Of a stretch of 64,000 nucleotides of DNA, positions 7,603-17,953 are shown piece after piece. The position numbers were made by a program, and so were the translations under genes. The stretch lies in IMG/VR virus record IMGVR_UViG_3300031857_000076, positions 27,626-91,625 of that record. One strand, 5' to 3'. The notes below the pieces were generated by a model, which ran no database searches, was not told the DNA's origin, and worked only from the letters and a program-made list of their open reading frames with translations. The DNA comes from a virus. The first letter of the stretch is position 1. Each line of letters starts with the position of its first letter.

Positions 7603-8617
7603 GCCCATTAACAACAAAGTTTCTAAAGACTTACTTGATTTAGAGCCAACAGCCGTTTTAGAGTTTTACAAAATCTATTACGATACGGTTAATGAGCCAG
7701 ACTCTTTCTTCCCGTTCCATCCATGCTCTAATGGATTACAAGGCAAGATTGTGTTGAATAACATTGCTTATGTGCCTTTGGCAGTTGAAGTTGAGGATTT
7801 TGAAACAAATATTTTCAATCGAATCAGTCGTCCAAAGATTAGAATCAGCAATGAACAGTTGGTAATTAGTCAGATTTTGCGCCGAAAAAACGATTTTAAA
7901 TTCGCAAAACTAGAAAGAATTAAAATTTTTGTTAAATACATTGACGATGTAAATTTTGAAGGAGGCATTAATCCTTATGGAGTTGCAGACCCAAATTCTG
8001 AAATTTCTCGCGACTCTTATGTAATTTCTCAAAAGACACAAGAAAACAAGTCTCTTGTGGAGTTTGAATTGACTGCTCCATTTGACTTGGAAAACTTTTC
8101 CATCCCTGGAAGATTGGTGATGGGAAGATACTGTTATTGGCAGTATCGCGGATTGGGATGTCACTATTTTGGTGCTCCAGTTTGCCAAGAAGATGACACG
8201 CCATTTACTTATGTTCCAACTGGCAGCTTTAACTTTCAAAGCAGTAGTAATGAGTGGACCTATAATATAACCTACAATCCAGGAATGATTGTTTATGTTT
8301 CTACTCCGAAAGACCCGTTTAGAACTTGGTATGTTTGCACACAAACGCATGTAGCAACAGAAAACAACATGCCTGGCCTTGATGACGCTCCTTGGGAAAA
8401 AGATGGCTGTTCCAAGTCTATTGGAGCTTGCAAAAAGCGGTTTTATAATTCCACCCTATCTTATAGCGGTATTTCTGGCTCTCAAACGGTTACTGGCTCC
8501 GTTTATAATCCTGTTCCTAGCGCTCAAACAGCTAGTTTAGGCGCATTTTATCTGCCATTTGGGGGCTTTCCAGCCACAGACAATTATCAATATGGACAAT
8601 CCTATCGTCAAAAATAA
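7601..8617 (+). CDS. lambda gpL-like minor tail tip protein
   Basis: VEFELTAPFD, CYWQYRGLGC, GCSKSIGACKKRF, LPFGGFP; four Cys of the gpL Fe-S site. Confidence 0.9.
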   Translation: MPINNKVSKDLLDLEPTAVLEFYKIYYDTVNEPDSFFPFHPCSNGLQGKIVLNNIAYVPLAVEVEDFETNIFNRISRPKIRISNEQLVISQILRRKNDFKFAKLERIKIFVKYIDDVNFEGGINPYGVADPNSEISRDSYVISQKTQENKSLVEFELTAPFDLENFSIPGRLVMGRYCYWQYRGLGCHYFGAPVCQEDDTPFTYVPTGSFNFQSSSNEWTYNITYNPGMIVYVSTPKDPFRTWYVCTQTHVATENNMPGLDDAPWEKDGCSKSIGACKKRFYNSTLSYSGISGSQTVTGSVYNPVPSAQTASLGAFYLPFGGFPATDNYQYGQSYRQK

Positions 8618-8996
8618 AAGCTTTAAAAAAATTCTGGAGTCTGTTCGTGAGCATTGTGATAGATATTTCTCGTTAGAGTGCTGCGGTTTTGTTGGCAAAA
8701 ATGGCAAAGACTATATAGTGCAGTTTGTTAATAATCGCTCACCAAATCCAAAACAGTTTTTTTGTGTTGATCCTTTGGACTATTTGAGGTTCAAAAACGA
8801 AAACGAATTTATTTCATTGATTCACTCTCACCCTGATGGAGACGAGTCTTTTTCAGAAATGGACCAAGCAAATTCAGAGGCTACTTGTTTGCCGTCCATT
8901 ATTTACTCACTCCAAACTAAGAAATTTGCAATTTATGAGCCAAAAGAGCATGAAGTTGATGTAAATACTCTTAATAAGGTAAAAGGCTTCTTATGA
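8592..8996 (+). CDS. JAB/MPN domain tail assembly protein (gpK-like, no NlpC/P60 domain)
   Basis: ECCG, IHSHPDG...S..D JAMM motif; position between gpL and gpI. Confidence 0.88.
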   Translation: MDNPIVKNKSFKKILESVREHCDRYFSLECCGFVGKNGKDYIVQFVNNRSPNPKQFFCVDPLDYLRFKNENEFISLIHSHPDGDESFSEMDQANSEATCLPSIIYSLQTKKFAIYEPKEHEVDVNTLNKVKGFL

Positions 8997-9601
8997 CAGA
9001 AATTCATCTACATGGTATTTTAGGCAAAAAATATGGGCGATTGCATAGATTTGCAATCAAAGAACCTAGAGATGTGGTTCGAGCTTTAGAAGCTAATTAT
9101 GAAAATTTCTCAAAAGACCTCAAAGACTTATTAAAGAAAAAAATTGTTTACTCAATTGTTGCTGACAACCAGTGGGTTCAAGGCAACTCTTTTACAGAGA
9201 TTAAAAAAATCAAGAAAATTGATTTTGTGCCAACAATTATTGGTTCAACAGTAGGGCAAATTATTATGTTAGTTATTGCTGTGGCTTCTGCGGTATATTC
9301 CTATGTTCAAGCTGGCAAGCAACAATATCCTCAAATTCCTGGAGCAGAAGGAATTTCATCAGCTAATTCTAAATCATTAGCTTTCTCCAATCGAGAAAAT
9401 ATCACTGAGCAAGGCAATCCAGTTCCTCTTGTTTATGGGCGATTAAAAGTTGGCTCTTTTGTTGTTCAAAGCTCCATTAAATCTTTCCCGCTCACACTCA
9501 CTTTAACAGACGAATTTTTAAATTCAACAGCTAAAAAATCTGCCAACCAAGTTGCTATTATTGATAGTGCCGATTCGGTTTTGAGCAATCCAAAATACTA
9601 A
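8993..9601 (+). CDS. lambda gpI-like tail assembly protein (ubiquitin-like N-domain)
   Basis: IHLHGILGKKYG, FVPTIIG, hydrophobic stretch, QGNPVPLVYG...VGS. Confidence 0.88.
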   Translation: MTEIHLHGILGKKYGRLHRFAIKEPRDVVRALEANYENFSKDLKDLLKKKIVYSIVADNQWVQGNSFTEIKKIKKIDFVPTIIGSTVGQIIMLVIAVASAVYSYVQAGKQQYPQIPGAEGISSANSKSLAFSNRENITEQGNPVPLVYGRLKVGSFVVQSSIKSFPLTLTLTDEFLNSTAKKSANQVAIIDSADSVLSNPKY

Positions 9602-9602
9602 A

Positions 9603-12600
9603 ATGAGCCATTTTTCTAAAAAATATATCAAAGGAATTGTTGGTGCGGGTGGAGGTCCAGATGCTCCACCACCACCTACTCCACCAACATTTAAGCCGCC
9701 AAAGTTAGGAGACTTGCAAGCTGTTTCTTCTTATGACTATGTAGAAAATATTGATCTTATTTCAGACGGAGAAATTGATGGTTTTGTTGGGCAGAATGGC
9801 GAATATGTTGACAATATCCGTTTATTTGAAAGTATTTATTTGGAAGATGTTATTGTGCGTCAGCCAGTTGACAGCGATTCATTTAACACTATTGCGGACC
9901 TTGACTTGAGTTTTATTGGCTCCGCTTTTCAAAATAAGTTCTACTCTAATTCGGAGTTTATTGAAACTTTAATAACAGATTTGAGTGATTTAAGTGGTTC
10001 AAACACTCAAGGTGTTTCATTTTCTGTTTTATCTGGCAAAGATAGAATAGCTGATTCTATTTTTCAATCAATTCAAAATATTGAGAATGTGTATGCTGGT
10101 ATTCAACCATCGGCTCAAAATGATTCGATTTTTAAACAATTGAGATTATTAAGAGCACAGTTTAATTTCACTTCTCAGAGAGAGGTTTTAGCTTATCTTT
10201 TACCAGATTTTCCAGAATATTTCGCCACTGATTATCCGTTTTTGGCATTAAAAATTTCTTTAAATGTTGATCTTGCTCCTGATGGATACGTTCACTCCAT
10301 TGATGATTTGATTATCTTGTCTAATGACATTTATAATCAGATATATTATGATTTAGAGTCAACAGAATTGCAAAATAAAAAGATTTTATCTCCTAAAAAG
10401 AAAATTAACACATGTTTTTTTCAAAGTGCTGGTGGCAATACGTCAGCAAAAGGGGATTTTTATGTTTTCTTCTATCAAAGAAATAATTATGTTTTAAAAA
10501 ATGGAGTTGATGCAATAATTAATTTCATCAAATCTGTTAAGATTATCAATACCACGGCTAAATTTAATTATGCTAACGCGACCTTTGAAACAAGAGACGG
10601 AGCTGATCTTCAAAAACCATTAAGTTTATTCAATAAAACTTATTTAGATACTCAATTTAACTCTAAACTTAGGGGTCCGTTTGAGCAAGGCAAGCCTGTA
10701 TTAACGCTGTTAAATAAAGAATACACTGAGGTTGATTCAAGATACAACGAATCATCTGTTATGGCGAGTTCTGGATTAATATCTGATTCTGAATTCAAAC
10801 AAGGAACAACTGAATTCTTTTCAATTCAAGAACTAAGTGAATTAAAAACTTTGCATACTGATTTATTTAAAAATGAATCTGAATTTGTTAGTTTAACAAA
10901 ACAACTAATGAGCGGTAATACTTTATCCCTTGGCCTTTTAAATCCTAATCCAGAATTTAGAAGTAGTTCTTGGTCCATTGAATCATTGAATAAAACTGGA
11001 AATATCATTCAGATGGTATTAGCTGGCAAGGTAAGTTATCGCTTTTATTCAAATGATATAAAAATTACGCTTTCTTTTGATAAATCAACAAAATGTTTTA
11101 AAAGAAACATTGTTAAAAACAATGGTGATCAGTTTAATATATTAGCCACGGATACTGTTTACATAACGGATTATCAAAAAGATTTGATAAATGCAAATAA
11201 TTTTGATTTTACTTTAATATATGAATATTCTTCTTTTAGTGGTCAAGTATTTTTAACATCCTACTCTCCTTCAACTGGTTGGCCTTTATTTTTCAGAATC
11301 GCTTTTCGCGCTTTATTAGAAGGCGCTTACGCCAACGAAGGAAGTGATGATTTTAGAAAAGTTAATGGTGCTATTGAGAGCTATACTAATTGGAATAAAA
11401 ATTATGTCAAGTATTTATCGGAACCTGGATCAAGAATTACGCATATAGTTTTAAATCCCAATGTTGATCAAGTATTTATTTCTTTGCAGATCACAAGTTT
11501 ACAAGATACGGCTCAACAAAATTTACTTTTATTGAAGTCAGATGGCACAAAAGAAGACGTTCAAGCTGGCACAAGCATTCCTTCCGTAATAGAATTTAGA
11601 ATTGAAACTGGATACCAAACGCTAACTGGAGAAGAAGAGTTGTTTGTTTCAAGATTGTTCCAAGTTAGAGGCTTGGTTAATTCGCCAGTATCAATTGATG
11701 TTGGTCGAGAAGAAAACGCTTCAGTAATTCAACAATATAGCCGCTTTATTCTAGGAAGTCAGAATATTGCACAGCCAATTTCTCTTCCTCCCCATGTAGT
11801 TAATAAAAATAGATTTGTAAGAGCCTATAGAACAACTGCGGAATCTTACTCTTCACTTATCCGCCGTGAAATATATTTGCAAAAAATCACCGAAATTATT
11901 AATGTTCCATTTTCTTATCCATACTCAACCATTTGTGGTTTAAAATTAGATGCTAGAACATTCACTTCCATTCCTGCTCGCAGTTATGACGCGAGATTTA
12001 AGAAAGTTTTCGTCCCAAGCAATTATTTTCCACTCAAGGCAAATGGTCAAGACAAAAGATATATTGCTGGAAAGAATTTGGCTTCATTCAATAGCCTAAG
12101 CAATTCTAGTGATGAAAAAACAATTTATAAAGGCAATTGGGATGGAACATTTAAACTAGCTTGGACCGATAATCCTGTTTGGGTTCTTTTTGATATTCTA
12201 ATCAATCGTAGATATGGATTAGGCAACTTTATTTCGCCATCTGAGGTTAACTATTGGGAGCTTTATAAGATTGGCCGCTATTGTGATGGTGTTGATATTA
12301 ATGGCGTATTTGTTGGCGTTCCTGCTGCTGATGGCGGACTAGAGCCAAGATATGCCTTTAATGGCGTAATTGCTGATAAAACCAATGTGTTTGAATCATT
12401 GAAGTCTCTAGTGGCTTGCTTTAGAGGCAACATGTTTTACACAAACTCAGAAATCAACTTCACAAACGATAGGCTCAAGCCAATCATGGGCTTCTTCAAT
12501 AATTCGAATGTGAAAGATGGTATGTTCAACTACTCAAATGAGCGTCGAGATTTACAATACAATGTTATTGAAGTGACTTATTTAGATCGCGACGACTTGT

Positions 12601-13769
12601 TCAAACAGAAAATTGAATATGTGGAAGACCCTGATGACATTAAAACTCGCGGCATTTTAAGAACCACAGCGCAAACTTTTGGCATTACTAGCCGCGCTCA
12701 CGCCAAACGCCTTGGTGAACACATCATCTACTCCACCATTAATGAAGACGAAAATGTGGCCTTTGTTGGCAACTTGGAAACTCTCTTATGCAGGCCAGGA
12801 GATTTGATCGCAATCAATGACAATGTTAAAACCCTTAAAAATCATGTGGGGCGAGTTTTAGATGTTGATACAATTAATAACTCTATATATACTAATGTTT
12901 CTCTTAAATCGTCTGATTTTAGCTCTTCTGGACTAACGGGAGAAATTTCTGTTCTGATTCCAACTGGCAAATATCAGTCTAATGACTTTTATGATTTGGC
13001 CAAGTCTCCAACAAAGTTAAGTGTTTCTGAACTCTATCAAACAGATGTTCCGATCAGAGTGACGCTTCAAGCAACTGGAACTCAAGTCATTGACTCTTCT
13101 CCAGCATTGGATTATGGTTCCAAGTTCTTTATTGATACTGGATGTTCTGGCTATCCATTGTTGCAGCAAGTTCGCGCTGGAACACCTTGCTCCATTACAA
13201 TCGCTAACACTAAACAGCAGGTTTATAAAATTCAATCAATCAAAGAACTAAACCTCAATGAATATGAGGTCATTGCTTCAAAGTTTGACACTGGTAAATT
13301 TGCAGAGATTGAACAAGGCGAAACTGGCTTGATGCAAGATTTCTTCTCCGCCTTCCCACCAGCTAGAAATACAGCAGTGAGCGAAGGCCAAGCAGAATTG
13401 CTGCAAAATAAATATGTGTATGACTTGGGATTCCCAAGAATTTTAACATTAAGAACTGGCAATTGGGACATGCAAGCAGATACAGCAGATTTGTCTGGAA
13501 GCTGGTTGCCTGTTAATGGCGCAAACGCCTACAATGTTGAATTAATTACTCCAAAATTTAAAAGCATCAAACAAACTGTTACTGGTAACTCTGCTATTTT
13601 TGAAGATCAAACAGAAGTTGGAACCTTTACTTTAAAAGTAACTGCCAGAAACACTGGTTCATATCCAAACCCAATATCAGCAACCGCATCCAGATCACTA
13701 TCTGTTGTTTCTTATGTGGCTCCAGTAAGAACAAACGGAATCATTCAAGGATTCGTAATTAATAAATAA
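9603..13769 (+). CDS. lambda gpJ-like central tail tip / host specificity protein
   Basis: DLISDGEIDG, YPY...GLKLDA, WDGTFKLAWTDNPVW, RYGLG, YCD, EPRY, RPGDLI; C-terminal FN3-like domain. Confidence 0.92.
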   Translation: MSHFSKKYIKGIVGAGGGPDAPPPPTPPTFKPPKLGDLQAVSSYDYVENIDLISDGEIDGFVGQNGEYVDNIRLFESIYLEDVIVRQPVDSDSFNTIADLDLSFIGSAFQNKFYSNSEFIETLITDLSDLSGSNTQGVSFSVLSGKDRIADSIFQSIQNIENVYAGIQPSAQNDSIFKQLRLLRAQFNFTSQREVLAYLLPDFPEYFATDYPFLALKISLNVDLAPDGYVHSIDDLIILSNDIYNQIYYDLESTELQNKKILSPKKKINTCFFQSAGGNTSAKGDFYVFFYQRNNYVLKNGVDAIINFIKSVKIINTTAKFNYANATFETRDGADLQKPLSLFNKTYLDTQFNSKLRGPFEQGKPVLTLLNKEYTEVDSRYNESSVMASSGLISDSEFKQGTTEFFSIQELSELKTLHTDLFKNESEFVSLTKQLMSGNTLSLGLLNPNPEFRSSSWSIESLNKTGNIIQMVLAGKVSYRFYSNDIKITLSFDKSTKCFKRNIVKNNGDQFNILATDTVYITDYQKDLINANNFDFTLIYEYSSFSGQVFLTSYSPSTGWPLFFRIAFRALLEGAYANEGSDDFRKVNGAIESYTNWNKNYVKYLSEPGSRITHIVLNPNVDQVFISLQITSLQDTAQQNLLLLKSDGTKEDVQAGTSIPSVIEFRIETGYQTLTGEEELFVSRLFQVRGLVNSPVSIDVGREENASVIQQYSRFILGSQNIAQPISLPPHVVNKNRFVRAYRTTAESYSSLIRREIYLQKITEIINVPFSYPYSTICGLKLDARTFTSIPARSYDARFKKVFVPSNYFPLKANGQDKRYIAGKNLASFNSLSNSSDEKTIYKGNWDGTFKLAWTDNPVWVLFDILINRRYGLGNFISPSEVNYWELYKIGRYCDGVDINGVFVGVPAADGGLEPRYAFNGVIADKTNVFESLKSLVACFRGNMFYTNSEINFTNDRLKPIMGFFNNSNVKDGMFNYSNERRDLQYNVIEVTYLDRDDLFKQKIEYVEDPDDIKTRGILRTTAQTFGITSRAHAKRLGEHIIYSTINEDENVAFVGNLETLLCRPGDLIAINDNVKTLKNHVGRVLDVDTINNSIYTNVSLKSSDFSSSGLTGEISVLIPTGKYQSNDFYDLAKSPTKLSVSELYQTDVPIRVTLQATGTQVIDSSPALDYGSKFFIDTGCSGYPLLQQVRAGTPCSITIANTKQQVYKIQSIKELNLNEYEVIASKFDTGKFAEIEQGETGLMQDFFSAFPPARNTAVSEGQAELLQNKYVYDLGFPRILTLRTGNWDMQADTADLSGSWLPVNGANAYNVELITPKFKSIKQTVTGNSAIFEDQTEVGTFTLKVTARNTGSYPNPISATASRSLSVVSYVAPVRTNGIIQGFVINK

Positions 13770-13773
13770 CTCT

Positions 13774-16764
13774 ATGCCTTCTTATTTTCATACTGGTCAA
13801 GATTGTAGTGGTAATACAGTAGGTCTTTATACTGAAAATCCCACATGGGTTTCAACTGATATTGCTTATTCTGACTCCGCTTTATCTTCGTTTTTTAATG
13901 GGGAATTTAATTCTTTATTTTATTCTGACGGTATATCATATCCTTACGATTGTCCATCTCCGCCTCCCTCACCAACGCCTTCACCGCCTTCACCGCCGTC
14001 TCCGCCTACACCGCCTCCTACACCGCCTCCTACACCGCCTCCTACACCGCCTCCTACACCGCCACCTCCTTCGCCTACACCGCCGCCAATTATTCCGCCA
14101 GCGCCTCCAGCGCCACCGTTTCCAGTTGGTTTTTATCCATCTGCAACGTCCAAAGGCACGGGAGAGAGTTTCTATTATTCAAGATTTAAAGACTCTTCTT
14201 TCAATTTTCAATATAGAGATATTTATGATAATGAAATCACAAGCGATTTACAGTTAGCGCAAAATCAAGGCTTCTCCAACTATAATTTCTCGTATAAAGC
14301 TTCTTTGCTTTCCACTGGAGCTACGCCTGCCACTGCTCAATCGCATTTAATTGCCTCAAATTTTGCAACAAATCAAACAAGCTTATCTTTTAATTTTCCT
14401 CAAACTAAAAATGCTGAACTTTTTGGACTGCCTTCTGGAGAAAGATATTATTCATTACTATTCAACATCAAAAATCAAGGTGCTGAAAACTCTGTATTAG
14501 CAACAGTTTACCATTTGCCAGCTAATATTGATTTTATTAGTGTTGAAGATTATTTCTCATCTCAAACTTCTGGAGTTCTTAATAATGTTTTAACAACATG
14601 GAATTATGTTGGAGACGGGGTTTTGACGGGGTTTGATGTCACTGGTAAAACTAATTCATTTATTACTGGATTGACCTCTGGCCTTACTCAAGTTTTAAAT
14701 TGGAGTTATAATCCGACTGGAGATGTTTCTGGTTTTGCTATCACTGGCTACATCAATAGCGGAGATTTTTACAGTGTTTATTCTGGAGGTAACTTAGTGC
14801 CTTCGAGCGAATACGAAATTAAGTTCACCCCAACACCACAAGTTAATTTTTATAGTTTGCCTAATTTATTTGCCCTTAATATTGTTGAATCAACAGGAAA
14901 CACAGGATTCTTATCAACGAACTATAGAGCGTTTATTGGTGGCTTTGAAGAGCTTTCGGGAGATTATTCTATTGATGGAAATAATGATCAATTAATTTTT
15001 AATGTCCCTCCAGCAAGCGGTTCAACAATTGTCATTCAAGAGCTTACAGGTGTCACACAATTATTAAATGCTCCCTTGAGTGGCCAAATTAATTTTACAG
15101 TTAACTTCGATGCCGATGCTGTCGAAAATTATATTACAAAAGGTATTGATGTTTATACTGGTGCTAATACTGGAACGCCATATTCATTATCTGGTTTCGC
15201 ATTATTAAAAACAGTCAATTTCTTGGAAAACGCCTCTTCACAAAGCTTTTCAATTTTTGCCAATGAAGTGCCAAACAATCAGTTTGTTTACTATAAATTT
15301 GTGGGTCAAGATGATTTTGGAACTGGCTACGTTTATGGCGCAGAAACGAGTGGGTATTTGTTCTCTCCACCAGAACAATTATTTTATACAAATGGTATTC
15401 CTCCTACCTTATCTTTTGATCGGAGAACGGGTAATTTCTTTAGTGGCTATAATTCACCTGCTAATGTTCCAAATTCAGATGGAGCACTTATTTACCAAAC
15501 GGGAAGCTCTGGACAAAATCTTTATTTAGTCAAGTCTGGACAATGGAAAACTATTCTGCCCTACGAGGAAATTACTGGAAACATTGATCAAACATATTTA
15601 AAAAAATCTGATGGCCTATATATTAGTGGTCGCGCAATTACTGGATACAATCAATCAATTACTGGTTTACAATTTTCTGGTACAACAACAAAAACTCTTT
15701 TCTTATATCCTAGAAATGGGCAAACAATTTCTGGTTCATTTACCGATAATGCTTCTATTGGTGATGTAGTTTATGCAACTGGAAACCAAACCATCAGTGG
15801 AGAAAAAACTTTTATCGGAAAGCTTATTACTGAAACTGGGTTTTTTGGTAAAAATAATTCTTTTGGTAGTTATGTTCAAAATTACTATCCAACAATTGCT
15901 GGTGGTTCTGGAAACTCTGGAAATTCTCGCTATGGTTTGATTGGTGGCGGTCAAGGTAATGTATTAAATACTGGTTCTCATAATACAATTGCTGGTGGAT
16001 GGAACAATAAAACAGATGATGGAAGTTGGCAATCTATCTTGGGCGGGGTAGGTAATATCACTTCTGGTTCTTTTACCACAATTGGCGGTGGTCAAGATAA
16101 TTTAGCAAGTAATAGTTACGCTTCTGTTTTAGGGGGCTATTATAATACTTCTAGTGGATATTCAGCGTCTTGTTTGGGTGGAGAGAATAATAGTGCTGGA
16201 GGTTTGTGTTCAGTTATTTTGGCAGGTATAGGCTGTAGCACAACTCCAAATGCGGCATATTCAATTGCTGGTGGATACTACTCTAAAGCTGATCGTTATG
16301 GTTCAAGGGCTTACAGTTCAGATAAATTTAGTGCCGATGGAGATTGTCAAAATATTCAGTTTGTTTTAAACGCTACTACTTATGATTCTGGAGTTTCAGT
16401 TTTATCTATGGATGGTGCAGGTTTATATTTTAATATTTTAGAAAACCAAACCGATAAAATCATGATGCTTACAGTTAAAGTTCTTGGTGTAGATGAAGAC
16501 GCTAATCTTTCTCAATATATGAGAAAAGCAGTCATTAGCACCCTTGCATCCAATACAGGCTATCAAAGAATCCATCATATTGAATCAATAGGAACCGATT
16601 TAGAAAACGCTGGTAAAGCGGTCTTTTCTGTAACAGGCAGTTTTAATACAGGAAGCTATAGTGATGTTTTTTGTATTTTTGGCAGCGGAGTTAGCGGCCA
16701 AAATACTAGATGGGCAGCTAGTATAGATGCTATTGAATTAATTAAACCAGCCGCTTATCCATAA
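13774..16764 (+). CDS. tail fibre / adhesin-like virion protein
   Basis: Follows gpJ; Pro-rich linker, TGNQTISGEKTF fibre motif, ~14-aa IxGGxxN beta-roll repeats. Confidence 0.75.
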   Translation: MPSYFHTGQDCSGNTVGLYTENPTWVSTDIAYSDSALSSFFNGEFNSLFYSDGISYPYDCPSPPPSPTPSPPSPPSPPTPPPTPPPTPPPTPPPTPPPPSPTPPPIIPPAPPAPPFPVGFYPSATSKGTGESFYYSRFKDSSFNFQYRDIYDNEITSDLQLAQNQGFSNYNFSYKASLLSTGATPATAQSHLIASNFATNQTSLSFNFPQTKNAELFGLPSGERYYSLLFNIKNQGAENSVLATVYHLPANIDFISVEDYFSSQTSGVLNNVLTTWNYVGDGVLTGFDVTGKTNSFITGLTSGLTQVLNWSYNPTGDVSGFAITGYINSGDFYSVYSGGNLVPSSEYEIKFTPTPQVNFYSLPNLFALNIVESTGNTGFLSTNYRAFIGGFEELSGDYSIDGNNDQLIFNVPPASGSTIVIQELTGVTQLLNAPLSGQINFTVNFDADAVENYITKGIDVYTGANTGTPYSLSGFALLKTVNFLENASSQSFSIFANEVPNNQFVYYKFVGQDDFGTGYVYGAETSGYLFSPPEQLFYTNGIPPTLSFDRRTGNFFSGYNSPANVPNSDGALIYQTGSSGQNLYLVKSGQWKTILPYEEITGNIDQTYLKKSDGLYISGRAITGYNQSITGLQFSGTTTKTLFLYPRNGQTISGSFTDNASIGDVVYATGNQTISGEKTFIGKLITETGFFGKNNSFGSYVQNYYPTIAGGSGNSGNSRYGLIGGGQGNVLNTGSHNTIAGGWNNKTDDGSWQSILGGVGNITSGSFTTIGGGQDNLASNSYASVLGGYYNTSSGYSASCLGGENNSAGGLCSVILAGIGCSTTPNAAYSIAGGYYSKADRYGSRAYSSDKFSADGDCQNIQFVLNATTYDSGVSVLSMDGAGLYFNILENQTDKIMMLTVKVLGVDEDANLSQYMRKAVISTLASNTGYQRIHHIESIGTDLENAGKAVFSVTGSFNTGSYSDVFCIFGSGVSGQNTRWAASIDAIELIKPAAYP
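14011..14058 (+). repeat. 4 perfect 12-bp tandem repeats (CCGCCTCCTACA, encoding PPPT) within a Pro-rich tract (~13954-14118)
   Basis: Directly visible. Confidence 0.95.
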
Positions 16765-16765
16765 A

Positions 16766-17953
16766 ATGATAAAATTGATTCCTTTTGCGAATTTAAACTT
16801 AAAAGAAATTAATAAAGCCTCTTTAAGAGTATGGTATAGCGATCATGATTATGAAGATTTATTTTTAGACCCTAGCAAAATTAGGCAAGATCATTTTCAA
16901 ATGCCCAAGAAAGAATTTGACAAATGTGCATTTTTGGTATTAATCGTAGAATACAAAGATGGGTCAATTCAAAAATTTAGAAGAAGCGATAAATATGAAT
17001 GGCTTAATGGCCAAAAACCCAAGAACATTCAGTTCTATTTAAGAAAGAATGAAAACTCTTTTTATGATGATAGCGATTTTGGCAAAAAAACCGTTTTAAA
17101 AATACTAGACGCTCGCTTCTCAAAAATTCAAAATTGCTCAAAAGAAACGGTTGGAACTAAAAATTTAATATACTATGCTGTTGGCGGAGATTTAAATTAT
17201 CTAAACTTATTAGACACTTCCATTAATTCGATTGTTGATTTAGCAAGCGAAAAGAGTTTTGAGTTTTTATTTATATGCCCCGAATCTTGGCAATCTAAAA
17301 TTAGAAATTTAGACGGATTAAGGGGTATTAACTATCATTTTCACACAGTAGATGACTCAACTGACGGCGTTGAAATCTCAAAAAATAAAACGAAGATTTA
17401 TGATTTTGATAAAGTTAATGAATTCGCAAAAATTCTTTTTATTGATAGCGATGTGATTGCTATTAAAAATATCAATGAAGTATTTGATCTTGAAATCAAG
17501 AACGGCAAACTATACACAGCATATAGCGAAAAAATTATTAAATTAGATTCTCACTTGGGTCAATATCACGGCATAGTGAAAGACGATGTATTCTATAAGA
17601 GAATATGTGAAAATCAACAAATGCCATTTAATGCTGGTCAGTTTTTATTCATGAACTGCGAGTTGATGAAAGAGCATTTTTATAATGTCAATTGGCTGAT
17701 GAAATCGTGGCCAAGTGAATACTTTTTTGAGCAAGCATTCATGAATTACTATTTTTGCAACTATAATTTAACCGAATATGTTACTTTTAATAGTAAGGTA
17801 AAAATTCATTCCGCCATAGATCAAAACAAATCTAGGTACAATCCTGAAATAAAAGACTCAGATGTTTTGATACATTTCATCGGTCCTTGTTTGGAGCCAA
17901 TCGCAAAATCAAACTTCATCAAAGAATATTCTCATGCCTATTTGTCAAGATAA
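16766..17953 (+). CDS. GT-A glycosyltransferase (GT8-like) with N-terminal extension
   Basis: ILFIDSDV DxD motif, FNAGQFL, EQAFMN, IHFIG. Confidence 0.8.
   Translation: MIKLIPFANLNLKEINKASLRVWYSDHDYEDLFLDPSKIRQDHFQMPKKEFDKCAFLVLIVEYKDGSIQKFRRSDKYEWLNGQKPKNIQFYLRKNENSFYDDSDFGKKTVLKILDARFSKIQNCSKETVGTKNLIYYAVGGDLNYLNLLDTSINSIVDLASEKSFEFLFICPESWQSKIRNLDGLRGINYHFHTVDDSTDGVEISKNKTKIYDFDKVNEFAKILFIDSDVIAIKNINEVFDLEIKNGKLYTAYSEKIIKLDSHLGQYHGIVKDDVFYKRICENQQMPFNAGQFLFMNCELMKEHFYNVNWLMKSWPSEYFFEQAFMNYYFCNYNLTEYVTFNSKVKIHSAIDQNKSRYNPEIKDSDVLIHFIGPCLEPIAKSNFIKEYSHAYLSR

Noticed and set aside
14011-14058. Tandem repeat as a CRISPR array
   Set aside because: No spacers; in-frame coding repeat
13862-14257. 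His/Arg/Leu-repeat and ASYT-repeat ORFs
   Set aside because: Shadow frames of the 12-bp Pro repeat within the fibre gene
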